Positions 47,756 through 62,187 of a DNA stretch of 64,000 bases are shown in pieces (within the stretch, counting starts at the first letter, position 1; each line of letters opens with the position of its first letter). Under the pieces are notes generated by a model. It searched no databases, was not told the origin of the DNA, and saw only the letters and a program-made list of their open reading frames with translations. Location of the stretch: NCBI GenBank assembly GCA_002633005.1, contig NMRA01000063.1:728427-792426 (forward strand), given 5' to 3'. Origin of the DNA: Phoronis australis. Lineage: Eukaryota; Animalia; Phoronida. Position numbers and translations under genes: made by a program.

Positions 47756-50700
47756 TCAGTCTCTGTCTCCAAAATGGATATGCTTCCTTTGTAAAGAACC
47801 TGTCCCAGCTCCACCAACAGCTAACTTCTCAGCTTTTGCCAAAATCTGCAGCACAAGACATTTTTATACTAGACCAAAAACTCAGTTTTGTCATCACAAA
47901 GATCAATAGTCAATCCAATAACTACTACATAGCAGATGTATTTGGACATTAGTTTTTTGCAAGAGCAAAAACTTTTAGCTTTGTCATAAACCTAACTGGT
48001 AAAGTCAAACTACTTCCTCATACTAGCATCAAATAAGAAAGCGTATGAATTATATATTCTGTTTAAAAAGTGTCTCAGACATTCAGAAATATATTTAGTG
48101 TTAAAAAACTGTAACTGGAGATTAGTAACAGTTCCAAACCAATGTTATTGCTTACAACTAGAGCAACGCACAACGCAGACTATTGATAGGCACCCACCAT
48201 GTGCATCACACAGCCCACATACAAGAGACAATCATTATTTTAGACACCTACTACCTTCATTGTGATTCTTCATTCAGTTTGGATGAGAGGAAGATGGGCA
48301 ACATACCGTGTGCCAATCTCAACAAGGCACAAATACTTCAAGGACATTTTAACAATCATGCAATTAGTAAAGACATGAAAATGTGCCCCACTTTCTAAAG
48401 CAAGAGTTTTGTTTTAGGCGACAAAAATACATTTGTGCTCAGTCATTATCACATTCATAGGTAAACATTTATCGAACTTCACAACGATCCTGCAAGGGGT
48501 TACGGAGACTATGGAAGGTATAGCCACCAAAATAATTACATCCATCTGAACATTAACGTCAGATTTTGCTTTCTTCATAGCAACACTCTGAAGATACATG
48601 TATAACAGTAAACATCAACAAAATAATAGTGCCTCTGGGGGGGGGGNATAGTGCCTCTGGGGGGCATAGTGGTAGTTGAATACAACTGAGACTTGTCATT
48701 GTCGTCAACTTAATAGAAAAACACTTGTATAATTTCAAAAAAAAAAACTGTAAGAGGTTAAAGAGATACAACCACGGACAAACAAAATAAAAACAAAATA
48801 GCCACTTGGAGGCACCACAGTAAGTCAGCTCCTCTGAAAATCCATGTCAGTCGTAGTCTTGTCAACAAGGACACATTTGACGATTTCCATGATTGTTTGA
48901 CAGAAAGAGAGGCAAATGCCAAAAATAGACTCGAAAATAATATGAACATCCACTTGGTAGAGCAGAATACGTCAAATTTGTACAAAAATGAGAAGTGACG
49001 TCATCTTTTTCTTTGAAACCTGTTTGTCAAATTTCAAGGAAAGATAGAGGCAAATGTAAAAAAATAAAATTGCTGCTAGGGGGCACAGCAGAAGTTGAAT
49101 CCGGTCAAAACCTGTTGCCCTCTGTCGTTGGTTTCATATGAACAAACCTGCCAAATTTCACAAAATTAATGTCCTCCAAAGGATTAAGTACAAGCAACCG
49201 TGGACGCAAAAAAATAAAATTACTCCTAGGGGACATCAGAGTAATCAAAGCCGTCTGAAAATCAGGATCAGTCGTGGTCTTCTCATCAAGAATGCATCTG
49301 CCAATTCTCGAAATATCTCTTGATCAGCTGGGTATATTAAGCGGCGGATGCAAAAAACATTCAAACATTTTTTCAATGACCACCAGGTGGCGCAGAATAG
49401 GCCAAATCTGTTCGAAAACTGGAAGAAACCTATGAACTAAATTTCATGAAAATCTATAGTGGAGTTCCAAAAAGACACAGAGGCAAGCATAACAAAATAA
49501 AATTGCCACAAAGGGACACGGAAGTAATCAGATGGGTCCTAAAGTTATTGTCCTCTGTCCTGAGCTTCCTAGGAACACATGGTCTGCCATATCTCATTAT
49601 GAACCTAAAAGATATACATCGGCGGATGCCAGACAATGGATGTCAGACGCTCAAACAGAGATGACAGCAATATGCAACCATATATAAAAAATGCATGCAC
49701 ATAAAAATTACTTTTAGTCTACGTACCCAGGCAATACCCCTTACGTAAAATATTGCAAGATTAGTTCAAATATTTAGAAAAGCTATAACTCAACTCCCAA
49801 ATCATAAAAAAATATTTTTGTAGAGGGACGAGCCAAGAATTCAAATAAAATATGTAACTCCATGGTACGGACACTTATTGAGGCAAATAACAGTATTGTT
49901 ACATTGCTTCTAAAAAGATAGGAGTCACCGCCATTTTTCGTGTGCAGGACTGTCTCATTTCTCAACGTCTATCAATGCAAAGACATGCAGGAAGCCATTT
50001 CAAGCCAAAATCGTTATAAACAACGGCATATGATTAGATGTACTAACAACACATTGTCAACCAAGGCACCTAAAATTCTTTACCCTTTGTCAACAGAAAT
50101 ATATTGATACAAAATGTTGGTTTATGACTTTGACATGTATTTCAGAGGAACACAAGCCCAAAATTGCTGAGGACTTATGTTGGAGAATCTGCAGCTGGCT
50201 ACACTGCAAAATGAACGTGTGCTCAGTGTGACAAAATATAATGCTTGTTGCTGACTATTAGGAATGCATAGAACAAAGATGTAGTTTGCATGTTAAAGAC
50301 TTCCACCGCACTAACTGGGTAACGTGGAAATTGCTAAATTTAAATTGAAATTAGGTACTAAGTAACCAGTATAGAATTGTCCTGTCTAAGCAATTAATGA
50401 GTTAACTTCACTCAACAATTTTATCATGAGTTTAATTACGAATGCTAATTCCCTACATCAAAACAAAAACAACGCTGAGCATTGAAATGCACCCAAGATA
50501 GCAACGTAAACAGCATAATTTGCTTCTATGGGTGTTTTTAGTATTATAAACATGGTCATTAGATGGCGTATAATGCATCAAACCTGTATGTCAGAATGTT
50601 ACATGGATGTCAACCAACTAGTTGCAAAGCACACGCCACCTTGCGCAATACAGAAATGGTCCAGGCGTTATCAAATCCTTAACAAAACCTATTTGCCGTA

Positions 50701-53700
50701 TTACACGAAAATACAAAGTGAACTCTGAAGATACAGATGTTAACACAAAAATACTTTCTACTAAAGGGGCACATTGATATTTGGTTCAGTTCGACATTTG
50801 TTACCATTTGTTGTCGGTCCATAGAAACATTTCTTTAATAACAATAGCAACGGGTAGCATTGAAATGCACCCAAGAATGCATTGTAAATGCTGTGCTTCT
50901 AGGGATGTCTATTTGTATCATAAAAAGAGCCACAAGATGGCACAAAATAGGTCGGATCCATCTGAAAACGCGAACATGCCATCATTTCCTTACTAGAAAG
51001 CTATTTGCCAAATTTCATAAAAATCTGTGAAGGAACTTCAGAGCAACAAAGGAAAATGGCAAAAAAATGAAATTGCCACCAGGAAGCACAGCGTTCTTTG
51101 GATCCGCCTGAAAGTCGTCGCCTGTTGTTAACTTCATATAAATACACCAATTAAATATAATAAAGATCCTGCTGTGGGTTTAGATGATACAGCTTTGTGC
51201 GCAAAAAACTGCCACTAGGAGGCGCCACAGTAGTTGAAGGTCTCACGTCAATTGTTCTCTTCACACTGCGAACATATACGCCAATTTTCAAAATCATCCT
51301 CAGAATGGCTTGGTTGATAGAGGGGCACACGCCAAAAAACACTCGAATAACCCCAAAAATTCCACTAGGTGGGGCAAAATACCTCAAATTAATCCGAAAA
51401 CGGGAGGATAGCATCATCTCACCAATAGATGCCCATATTCCAATTTTTATGAAAAGCCATTGAGGACCTTTCAAGATACAAAGGCAAATGTAACAAACTA
51501 AAACTAGCACTAGGGGGCACACGGGAAGTCAGATCCGTCCTAAAGTCATCGTCGTTCGTGGTCAACATCATACCAATACACACACAAAATTTAGTAAAGA
51601 TCCTGCAGAGGATTTAAGAGATACAGCCATGGGCGCAAGAAAAAAACTGCCACAAGGATGCACCACAGTAGTCGAAGTCGCCGGAAAATGACAATCAGCC
51701 ATCCTCTTCATAGTAAGAACATACATGCCAATTTTCACAGTCTTCCTCAGAGCGGTTCAGTTGATAGTGGGGCGAATGCAGACTCCAAAAACAGTAACAA
51801 GAGCAACGCAAAGCATTGAATTGCGCCCACGGTGTGCTTTTAGGGCTGTTTATTAGTATCATAAAAATGGCCATTAGATGGCACAAAATACATTGAATCC
51901 ATCAGAAAACTGGTATATGCCATCAAACCTATTTAAAAATTTTCATGCAAATTGGTCAAGGAAGTTCTGAGAGACCGAGGAAAACAGAAAAAACGAAGTT
52001 GTCACTTGTAGGCTATGGGCGCAAAAAAAAAACAACTGCTACTGGGAGGCGCCGCAGTAGTTGCAGTCATCGGAAAATCATCGCCAACCGTCCTCTTCAC
52101 TAACAACACAGATGCTAATTTTCACAACTATCCTTAGAGTGTGAGTGGTTTGGTTCATGGAGGGGCGGTTGCCAAAAACAGACTAAAAAAACAGAAAAAA
52201 TGGCCACTAGTTGGCGCAAGATATGTCGAATCCATCCAAAAACAGGAACACGTAATCGTTTCAATCGAAAGCTATTTACCAAATTTCATAAATATCTGAT
52301 CAACAGCTTCAGAAAAACAGAGAAAAATGGAAAAAAATAAAATTACCACTAGGGGGCACAGTGTTATTCAGATCTATCTGAAAGTCGTCGTCATTTGTTG
52401 TCAACTTCATATCAATACACTTTCTAAATTTAATAACGATCCTGAAGAGGGTTCAGGAGATACAGCCATGCCGTCAAAAAATACATGCCACTAAGAGACG
52501 CCACAGTAGCCGAGGTCATCGGAAAATCATTGTCAGCCATCCACATAAGAAAATACATGCCAATTTCCAAAATCATCCTTAGAGTGGTTTGGTTGACAGA
52601 GGAGCACATGCCAAAAACAGACTCGAAAATAGTAAAAATGACCACTAGGTGGCACAAAATACTTTGAATCAATCCAAAAACCGGATGATAGCATCAGCTC
52701 ACTAATAGATGCCTATATGCCAAATTTTATGAAAATGCGTTGAGGACATTTGAAGAGCATACAGAGGTAAACGTAAAAAACTAAACTTGCCACAAGGGGG
52801 CACACTGGTAGTCCGATACATCCGAAAGTCGTCGTCGTCAATTGTTGTCAACTTCATATAGATACACTTGGAAAACTTAATAAAGATCCTGTATAGCATT
52901 CAGGAGATATATTCATGAGTGCAAAAACAAACAAAACCGCCACTAGCATGTGCCACAGTGGTTGAAGTCGTCGGAAAATCATCGCCAACTGCCCTCTTCA
53001 AAGTAAGAACATATACGCCAATTTTCACAATCGTCACCTTCATAGGAACACATCATAGACTACCAAATCTCATCAATATCCTGAGTGCGGATGCTGGACG
53101 CCTGGATGCCCAAACAGAGATGACGGCAATATGCACCCACATAAAAATATGTGGGCGGATAAAAATGGCCACTAGGTAGCTTAAAATACCTCAAATCCAT
53201 CCGAAAAAAGGATAGCGTCATCTCCCTAATAGATGCTTATATGCCAAATTTTATGAAAATCCATTGAGGACACTTGAAGATACAGAGGTGAACATAAAAA
53301 AATAAAATTCCCACTACGGAGCACACCAGTAGCAGGGCTCAACACTAACGGTTGCCTGATTGCCTGTGTACATGTAGATTTTGCGTCAAGCAAGAGGAAT
53401 TTGAAAAGTACCTGCCCGATGGGCAAGTTAAAAAGCTGGCCGCATAGGCAAGTAGATCCCAAGATTGTCTGCTGGACATTTGCTCCAAAGTTACGAACGC
53501 CAACACAAACATAAGTACCGTATAAAAACCCCCGGTGACCATCAAAGGAACTCCCGTCTTCGAATGAGCACCGTAAGGAAAATTGAATGAGTGCGATGCT
53601 GCGTGCACAGATGACGCCCGCAGTCACATCCTTTCTATTCTCTGAATGAGCCTTGCAGCTTCTGAATAAGTTGTCACAGTGATACTACTGATCGTCTGCA

Positions 53701-56700
53701 CTCTGGCAAAATGTCCAAACAAGGAAGTCTGGACGGCTTTCTTGGTTTAGTTGCTAAAAACGACCCCAGGAAGAATCAAAGCAACAATATGAAAAGGAAA
53801 GAGTGCGGGGGTGGGTTCCGTCATGGGAAATTAGGTTTCCTGGCCTGCGAGACAGTGAACAAGGGATGACACGTGATTTTTGCCGGTGTTTCCAATGTAC
53901 AGCTGGAAGCACCGCGTTCGTCGGCGGAAGTAAGTCATACAGATAAGCGCAAAAGCTAAAAAGTGAATGATTGACCACATAATTTCTACACTACACAACA
54001 GTTTTAAAGGCCTGCTATTTATTCGAGGGGATTTCCAAAGAAAACTCTTATGAATTCCCGCCTCCTTGTGCCGACTCCCAAAAGAAGAGGAATACGGTCT
54101 TCAGGATTGTCGCTCTGAAGAGTGACTTATTCGCGTTCTATTTATTTTTCAAAAATGTAATTATTTATTGAAAATAAAAGTATATGTGGCATTATAATAT
54201 GTTAATATTTGATTTTAAACTAATGTAAGGTACTGATGACCAAAACTGAGCAAGACTTTTACGGGTAGCAAATTCAAATTCAGGTTAGACAACAAAACAA
54301 ATAATCCAGACTATTCTAATGAATACAAACAAGTGTCTAGAGTTGGTGTCCTAGCTCATTTCGGTGCCTGTGAACGTGAGACAATGGTTCAGGTAACATA
54401 ATATGTCTCTAGTTTTCTGACACACCTTATAAATAAATGTTTCTAGAAGAATCATTAAAAAATAGCAACTCAAATATACAGCATGCACGGCACTAGAGGA
54501 GGCTCACCACAGACAGCCCTACCATAACACATTACCTATGTGTGCACACGCACGATGCTACTTGAGATTGTATTTGGGGCAAGTGAGCTTGTTGTCCGGG
54601 CAAGTAAAAATTTGAACTACTTAAAAAGTTGCGCCCTGAGTAGTCGGATCCCTCCCATCCATGAAAGGAATGAGGAGGTGTATGCAACATTTCATGAACA
54701 TATGTCAAAGGGTTTTGGAAATAGAGCAGCAGACGTCGAACGGATGCCGGACACATGGACGGGGATGACAGCATATTGCGTCTACATATATATGTAGGCG
54801 CATAAAAATCACTAAGCTCTTTCAAAGGTTAAGGAGATGCGGCCTCAGATGCAAAAAAAAACAAAATCACCACTATGGGGCGACACAGTAGTTACTAGTC
54901 AGACCTGGCCGAAAGTCAACTTCAGTTGAGACCTTTTCATCAGGAACACATCTGTAAATTCTCAAAAAGATCCTTTAAGTGGCATGGCAGATAGGGAGAT
55001 TGACACCAGAAAACAGATGCAAAAATGATAAAAATGGCCATTAGGTGGAGCAGAACACATCAAATCTGTAAGAAAATTGGAAGGCATTGTAGTCTCCTTA
55101 ATAGAAATCTATTTGCCGAATTTCATGAAAATATAACTGAAATCCAAAGATACAGAGGTAAACGTAAAAAACAATTTGGGGGGAGGGGGGCACAGTGATA
55201 TTTGGATCAGTTCGACACTCGGTACTGTTTGTTGACAGCTCTATAGGAATACATCTTTCAAATTTCACAAAGCTCCTTCAACGGGTTAAGGAGATTTGGC
55301 CACAGACGCAAACAAAGAAAATCTCCATAAGGAGGCAACACAGTAGACGGACCTGTCCAAAAGACAACATAATTTATGGCCTTATCCTAAACAACACGTC
55401 TGTAAATTGTCGTACTGTTCCTTTAAATAGCATGGCAGATAGGCAAGTGAATGCAAGAAAATGGGTGCAAAAATGGCCAAAAGGTGGAGAAAGAAAACAT
55501 CTAACCTGTGCATAAATGGGAAGGCGTTGGCGTCTCCATAATAACTGAAGCCTATTTGCCGAATTTCATGAAAATAAATTACTGAAGTTCAAAGACCGAG
55601 AGGCAAACGTAAAAAAACATTTGCCACTATGGGACACAGTTGTGGTATCTGGATCAGATCCAACACTCGCTACTGCTTGTCGACGACTCCACAGAAATAT
55701 ATCTTTCAAATTTCACAAGCTGCTTCAAACGGTTAAGGAGATTCAACCGCAGCCGCAAAAAAAATCACCACTAGGAGGCGACACAGTAGTTAGACCCGTC
55801 TCATCAGCAAAAGAACTGTAAACTTTCATAACGATCCTTTGAGCAGTATGGCAGATAGGGAGGCATACGCCAGAAAACGGACACAAAAATAACAAAAAAT
55901 GTTCCCTAGGTGGCATAAAATTTGTTGAATGGGTCCAATTTTATGAAAATCTGTCAAGGAACCTTGAAGATACAGAGGTAAATGTAAAGAACTAAAATTG
56001 CCACTAGGGAGGCACGGCGGTATTTGAGTTGGTCCGAAGCTCGTCGTCATCTGTCATCAGGAACATACCTGCCAAATTTCAATAAAATCTTGCAAGGGGT
56101 TAGGAGATAAGCCACCGATGCTGGACCCCCGGACGTCCAAACAGATGATGGCAATGTAAACATGTGGCTGCATAAGATGATGGCAATGTAAACATGTGGC
56201 TGCACAAGATGATGGCAATGTAAACATGTGGCTGCATAAGATGATGGCAATGTAAACATGTGGCTGCATAAGACCATAAAAAGGTTTTACTCTCAAATCA
56301 TGAAACAAAACAACAGTATTTTAAAGATGTTGCACGAGGCCTTAAATATAAATATCCTTCACCCATCCCAGGCACTTGGTGCACCCCCAAAGCAACACTG
56401 GTAAGCAGGCACACCTTCATGAAATCCATTCAATGGCTTCCTGCAATGCACAACACAAGGACAAAAATCAATATTTTCAACATATTCTACTTCTAAAATG
56501 AAAAGTTAACCTTTTCTGATCCCCTTTTCTTTATTCTATTCTTTGAGGCTAACTTAGCTTGCCTGTCTGCATGTAGTCGATCCCAGTAAGACTTCTCATC
56601 ATCTCCTACAACATAAGATAGGATGTGACTTGACACAGCTTAAAGTGGAAATTGCAAGATAATTCCTTATCTCTCTGATTGCCTGACCAAATTAGTTAGA

Positions 56701-59700
56701 AACACAGCATATAGCGACGATGTTAATATGAAGTAGGTTGAAAATTGCCAAGAACGAGTTTGGAGGTGAAAATGATCCGCCTCAAATCACTAACTGTGTC
56801 CTGTAGGTATTGTTTTGTGGTGCTGGGGAATAACAGCATGTTGCGAGCTACGTGAGCCCATGATGTCATTAGTGGAAAGGTCACCCATTTGCAGATTTTT
56901 TTATTTCCACATTTACAAGTTGTCAATGAAAACAACTGCATTTTGCTTAGCGAACATTAAGTTGAAATAACATTGTTGTTTAGTTCCTGCTGTACATTAG
57001 CATAGTTGGGAGCATGCAAATACTGATCTTTAAGAAGTACAGCACACATCACTAATTTTTGTCCGACCCATTGGAAATCAGTCGACGACCGGTCGTCTAG
57101 CCAACCAGCAACAGTCTGCTAAGAGTTGCTCAGCTGATTCACCTCTGCAGTCGGCAATTGGGTCAGCAAACTGGTCGCCTAGCCGACCGATTTGGATTAT
57201 GCATATCCGCAGTCGGCAATTAACGTTTTATAACTTACTGAATGAACTTAGGACAAACTGGTGGCTTAGCCGACATATAATCGAATTATGCATATCCTCA
57301 TGCGGCAATTAGCTTTTATGACTTAGCGGATGAACTTTGGACAAACAAGGCATCAAACCCTGGCTATGAAGTGTTTAATATGTACAACAATGGAGAAAAG
57401 TTGAAATGTTACACTGAAATTGTATAAACATTCAAAAACAACGCTGGACGTGCTACGACTGAAGGCCTTTTAAAGCCAGTAAATGTTCAAAGAGTAGCTC
57501 TCAATTGTACCCTATTATATCTATCGCTTCTGATTATCACTTCATCATGTATTCACATCCTCCATTGAAAATTGTTTTATTTTATATAAGTTTTCAATAT
57601 GTTGTTGATAGAAAAATGTTTATTTTGGAACAATATCAACAACCGTTGATCACTAGTGCAGATTTTAACGTCACCTATGCATGAAACCAGCAAGCACAAA
57701 GCTAGGATTGGTTATAGCGTCAACAGTGATCATTCCATGTTTGATGTCACAGTCGAAGTTCATGAAAATTGTAACCTTATGATTTTGAAGTTGCAGCCTT
57801 CCAACATTTTCAGAAACCCTCTCCACTGAATAACGGAAAAATTTGGTTTTCAAAGTCTATAAGTAGGCATGTTCTAAGAGAATACTCGGATGTAACAAGA
57901 CACAAGTTACAGCCCACTACTCTGAACGCCAACTTTTCGAAAAAGACACAATATTCCAAAGGCCCACTCATACTACAAAAAACACTACCCCGGCCAGAAC
58001 CCCACCACTCCGAAAAAAAACTACACCGAAGAAACCGCATGCCTCCTCCAAATATGAATGCATTTGTTTTATTTGATAAAATTAATATGATAAATTTTCT
58101 TTTGGTCAAATGAACTTCAAAGAAGATGCGATTTAACAGCTGTAAACTACAAAGACAGTAGAAACGGCAGAAACAAGACACTGGACTTCATTGTCCATAT
58201 TTTAATTTTTGCATACTTTAATTCAAAGTAACAAATTGATTACCCATTCGTGAAACTGAGAGAAAAATTATATAGGTCCAGTAAAAAATTTTAAAATTCA
58301 AAATATTACACATTTCATAGTAATGTTTTTTGGAGTAGTGAACTTTTGGAATATTGAGGTGTTACTCTGTCCACGATGCCCGTTATTCAGTTTAAGTGTC
58401 ACGTAGATAGTCAGACGTATACATTGAGGGGGAATAGAAGTCATCTATAATTACATATCATTACAAACACCTGTTGAGTGATTATTTTTGACGACAGCGT
58501 TTTTCAAATGCAGAATCTAATCTGTTGTTACTGAGTGCCGTAACATTTTGGTTACCATTCTTTCCAAACTCCACATGAAAATAAATGATTGAAATACTAA
58601 CATTGTAACACTGTATGCCCTGAAATTGTTGTTCTAATTGTAGGGTAAACAACTATCATCAGATATATACATGTACACAAAGTTAACGTCTTCTTGTACT
58701 GAACACATACTTTGTAGTTCGCTACGTTCGACGGCAACACGACTCTGGAAACTATTGAAAACAAAATCTTTAATTTCTTAAAGCAGATAAGCTTTGTATC
58801 CACACACACATGCACAATATAGGCACTAAATGTCTAACTAAAATTGTATCCACACACACATGCACAATATAGGCACTAAATGTCTAACTAAAATTGTATC
58901 CACACACACATGCACAATATAGGCACTAAATGTCTAACTAAAATTGTATCCACACACACATGCACAATATAGGCACTAAATGTCTAACTAAAATTGTATC
59001 CACACACACATGCACAATATAGGCACTAAATGTCTAACTAAAATTGTATCCACACACACATGCACAATATAGGCACTAAATGTCTAACTAAAATTGTATC
59101 CACACACACATGCACAATATAGGCACTAAATGTCTAACTAAAATTGTATCCACACACACATGCACAATATAGGCACTAAATGTCTAACTAAAATTGTATC
59201 CACACACACATGCACAATATAGGCACTAAATGTCTAACTAAAATTGTATCCACACACACATGCACAATATAGGCACTAAATGTCTAACTAAAATTGTATC
59301 CACACACACATGCACAATATAGGCACTAAATGTCTAACTAAAATTGTATCCACACACACATGCACAATATAGGCACTAAATGTCTAACTAAAATTGTATC
59401 CACACACACATGCACAATATAGGCACTAAATGTCTAACTAAAATTGTATCCACACACACATGCACAATATAGGCACTAAATGTCTAACTAAAATTGTATC
59501 CACACACACATGCACAATATAGGCACTAAATGTCTAACTAAAATTGTATCCACACACACATGCACAATATAGGCACTAAATGTCTAACTAAAATTGTATC
59601 CACACACACATGCACAATATAGGCACTAAATGTCTAACTAAAATTGTATCCACACACACATGCACAATATAGGCACTAAATGTCTAACTAAAATTGTATC

Positions 59701-62079
59701 CACACACACATGCACAATATAGGCACTAAATGTCTAACTAAAATTGTATCCACACACACATGCACAATATAGGCACTAAATGTCTAACTAAAATTGTATC
59801 CACACACACATGCACAATATAGGCACTAAATGTCTAACTAAAATTGTATCCACACACACATGCACAATATAGGCACTAAATGTCTAACTAAAATTGTATC
59901 CACACACACATGCACAATATAGGCACTAAATGTCTAACTAAAATTGTATCCACACACACATGCACAATATAGGCACTAAATGTCTAACTAAAATTGTATC
60001 CACACACACATGCACAATATAGGCACTAAATGTCTAACTAAAATTGTATCCACACACACATGCACAATATAGGCACTAAATGTCTAACTAAAATTGTATC
60101 CACACACACATGCACAATATAGGCACTAAATGTCTAACTAAAATTGTATCCACACACACATGCACAATATAGGCACTAAATGTCTAACTAAAATTGTATC
60201 CACACACACATGCACAATATAGGCACTAAATGTCTAACTAAAATTGTATCCACACACACATGCACAATATAGGCACTAAATGTCTAACTAAAATTGTATC
60301 CACACACACATGCACAATATAGGCACTAAATGTCTAACTAAAATTGTATCCACACACACATGCACAATATAGGCACTAAATGTCTAACTAAAATTGTATC
60401 CACACACACATGCACAATATAGGCACTAAATGTCTAACTAAAATTGTATCCACACACACATGCACAATATAGGCACTAAATGTCTAACTAAAATTGTATC
60501 CACACACACATGCACAATATAGGCACTAAATGTCTAACTAAAATTGTATCCACACACACATGCACAATATAGGCACTAAATGTCTAACTAAAATTGTATC
60601 CACACACACATGCACAATATAGGCACTAAATGTCTAACTAAAATTGTATCCACACACACATGCACAATATAGGCACTAAATGTCTAACTAAAATTGTATC
60701 CACACACACATGCACAATATAGGCACTAAATGTCTAACTAAAATTGTATCCACACACACATGCACAATATAGGCACTAAATGTCTAACTAAAATTGTATC
60801 CACACACACATGCACAATATAGGCACTAAATGTCTAACTAAAATTGTATCCACACACACATGCACAATATAGGCACTAAATGTCTAACTAAAATTGTATC
60901 CACACACACATGCACAATATAGGCACTAAATGTCTAACTAAAATTGTATCCACACACACATGCACAATATAGGCACTAAATGTCTAACTAAAATTGTATC
61001 CACACACACATGCACAATATAGGCACTAAATNTCTGATTTTCCTTCTTTCATACCCCATCATCTTGAACAAGTGGCCATGTCTGATTTTCCTTCTTTCAT
61101 ACCCCATCATCTTGAACAAGTGGCCATGTCTGATTTGTCTTCTTTCATACCCCATCATCATGAACAAGTGACATGAAGAACTTTAAAGACGCTAACAAGT
61201 TGCTGTTCTGCATAGCACAAACAAAATAGAAGTGTGGACGGAAACTTTGCCAAACTGAACAGCTGCATTTTTAAAATAATTGTATTGACCGGAAAGCAGC
61301 CAATCTAAGGGAATTCGGTATCGTCACGAGCCAAAAGATCAAATGTGAAGAGTACTTCCACATCTTGTTATTCAAAACTGGTTGCATTGTCCATAATCCA
61401 ATGTTCAATATTACCGCTCCCCTTCAACCTTTGAATTAGTAGTGTTCAACCAAAGTGAACTCAGTGACACACTAAAACTGGGTTAATTCATTTCACTCTG
61501 TGCCGAGACGAATACGGCATCGACACGCAACGTGATATTAACCTGACAACCTAATACAACCGTGTCGGCTGATAGCCGGTTGGCAATCAAGGTCGGCAGT
61601 AGAGTCAGCTGGGGCGGTCGCCTTACAAGTTGTCATTGAGGCCGGCTGTCAGTCAGCTAAAAATTAACCAACCGGTCAGCAAAATAGCCGAATATTCTGC
61701 CAACCGGTCAACGACCGGTCATCGACTTCTACCCAACCGTTCGGACAAAAATTTGTGATGTGGCTATAAAAAAGCATTGCCATTTTACAATAACATTGCA
61801 GCTGACTTGATAAAATGGAGCCAAATGCTTAATCTGTATAAAGCAATTCACACAATCCAGTTTACACAAACTAATTCACTGCAAATGCAAATCAACAAAG
61901 TCTACAATCTTAAAGAAATTCACACAATACAAACCTTGTACAAGCTTAAATTGATAACCTTTGAGAGGAGTCTCAATGGCCTGACTGGCACCATTAGAGG
62001 ATTTGAAGCGAATGTAGCCATTCAATAAGCCATCTTTAACATCGATGTAAGCTATATCAGCTGTTGCTGGGAGTACTAC
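47756..62079 (-). CDS. LARP7: La-related protein 7, last three coding exons (xRRM and C-terminus): 62079-61935, 56605-56511, 47845-47756
   Basis: GT-AG introns in phase; IAYIDVKDG..GYIRFKS..FKLVQ|GDDEKSYWDRLHADRQAKL..KKRGSEK|ILAKAEK..RKHIHFGDRD* matches the LARP7 xRRM alpha3 (YW..DRQAKL..KKRGxEK) and terminal KHIxF motif; 5' exons lie beyond the window. Confidence 0.93.
48560..56150. mobile_element. Cluster of several inverted copies of the same Helentron-like family in a LARP7 intron (48560-49690, 50460-53330, 54640-56150)
   Basis: Reverse complement of 10150-11463 blocks, e.g. aacaagagcaacgc (51797) and agagatgacggcaatatgcacccacat (53116). Confidence 0.7.
53333..54638. mobile_element. hAT-like non-autonomous element with 5-bp TSD AGTAG, nested in a Helentron-like repeat
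   Basis: agtag|CAGGGC...GCCCTG|agtag; repeated gggcaagt subterminal motifs; removing it restores the host motif cacaccagtagtcggatcc. Confidence 0.72.
56143..56272. repeat. 32-bp tandem repeat x4 at the end of a Helentron-like copy
   Basis: agatgatggcaatgtaaacatgtggctgcata. Confidence 0.9.
58794..61031. repeat. Homogeneous 50-bp tandem array, ~45 copies, in a LARP7 intron
   Basis: ttgtatccacacacacatgcacaatataggcactaaatgtctaactaaaa with no visible variants; ends at an N (61032). Confidence 0.97.
61033..61150. repeat. ~48-bp tandem repeat x2.5
   Basis: tctgattttccttctttcataccccatcatcttgaacaagtggccatg. Confidence 0.85.
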
Positions 62080-62187
62080 CTGCAAAAAGAGATTGTTCTA
62101 CTTCTCAGAATCTAAGCAATGTTAAACTATGATACAAAAATACACCCCTCCTCGTTAAAGGGACTTAAAATATATTTGACTGTTTAA

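Larger units (their letters stand above)
57041..61765. mobile_element. Diverged ~200-bp inverted repeats (PIF/Harbinger-like MITE ends) enclosing 4.3 kb
   Basis: cacatcactaatttttgtccga..gtcgacgaccggtcg at ~57045 vs cgaccggtcatcgac..tcggacaaaaatttgtgatgtg at ~61715-61762. Confidence 0.55.

Noticed and set aside
58794-61031. Regular arrays (50-, 35-, 76-, 93-bp) as CRISPR-like loci
   Set aside because: Head-to-tail identical units with no unique spacers, no cas genes and a eukaryotic context.
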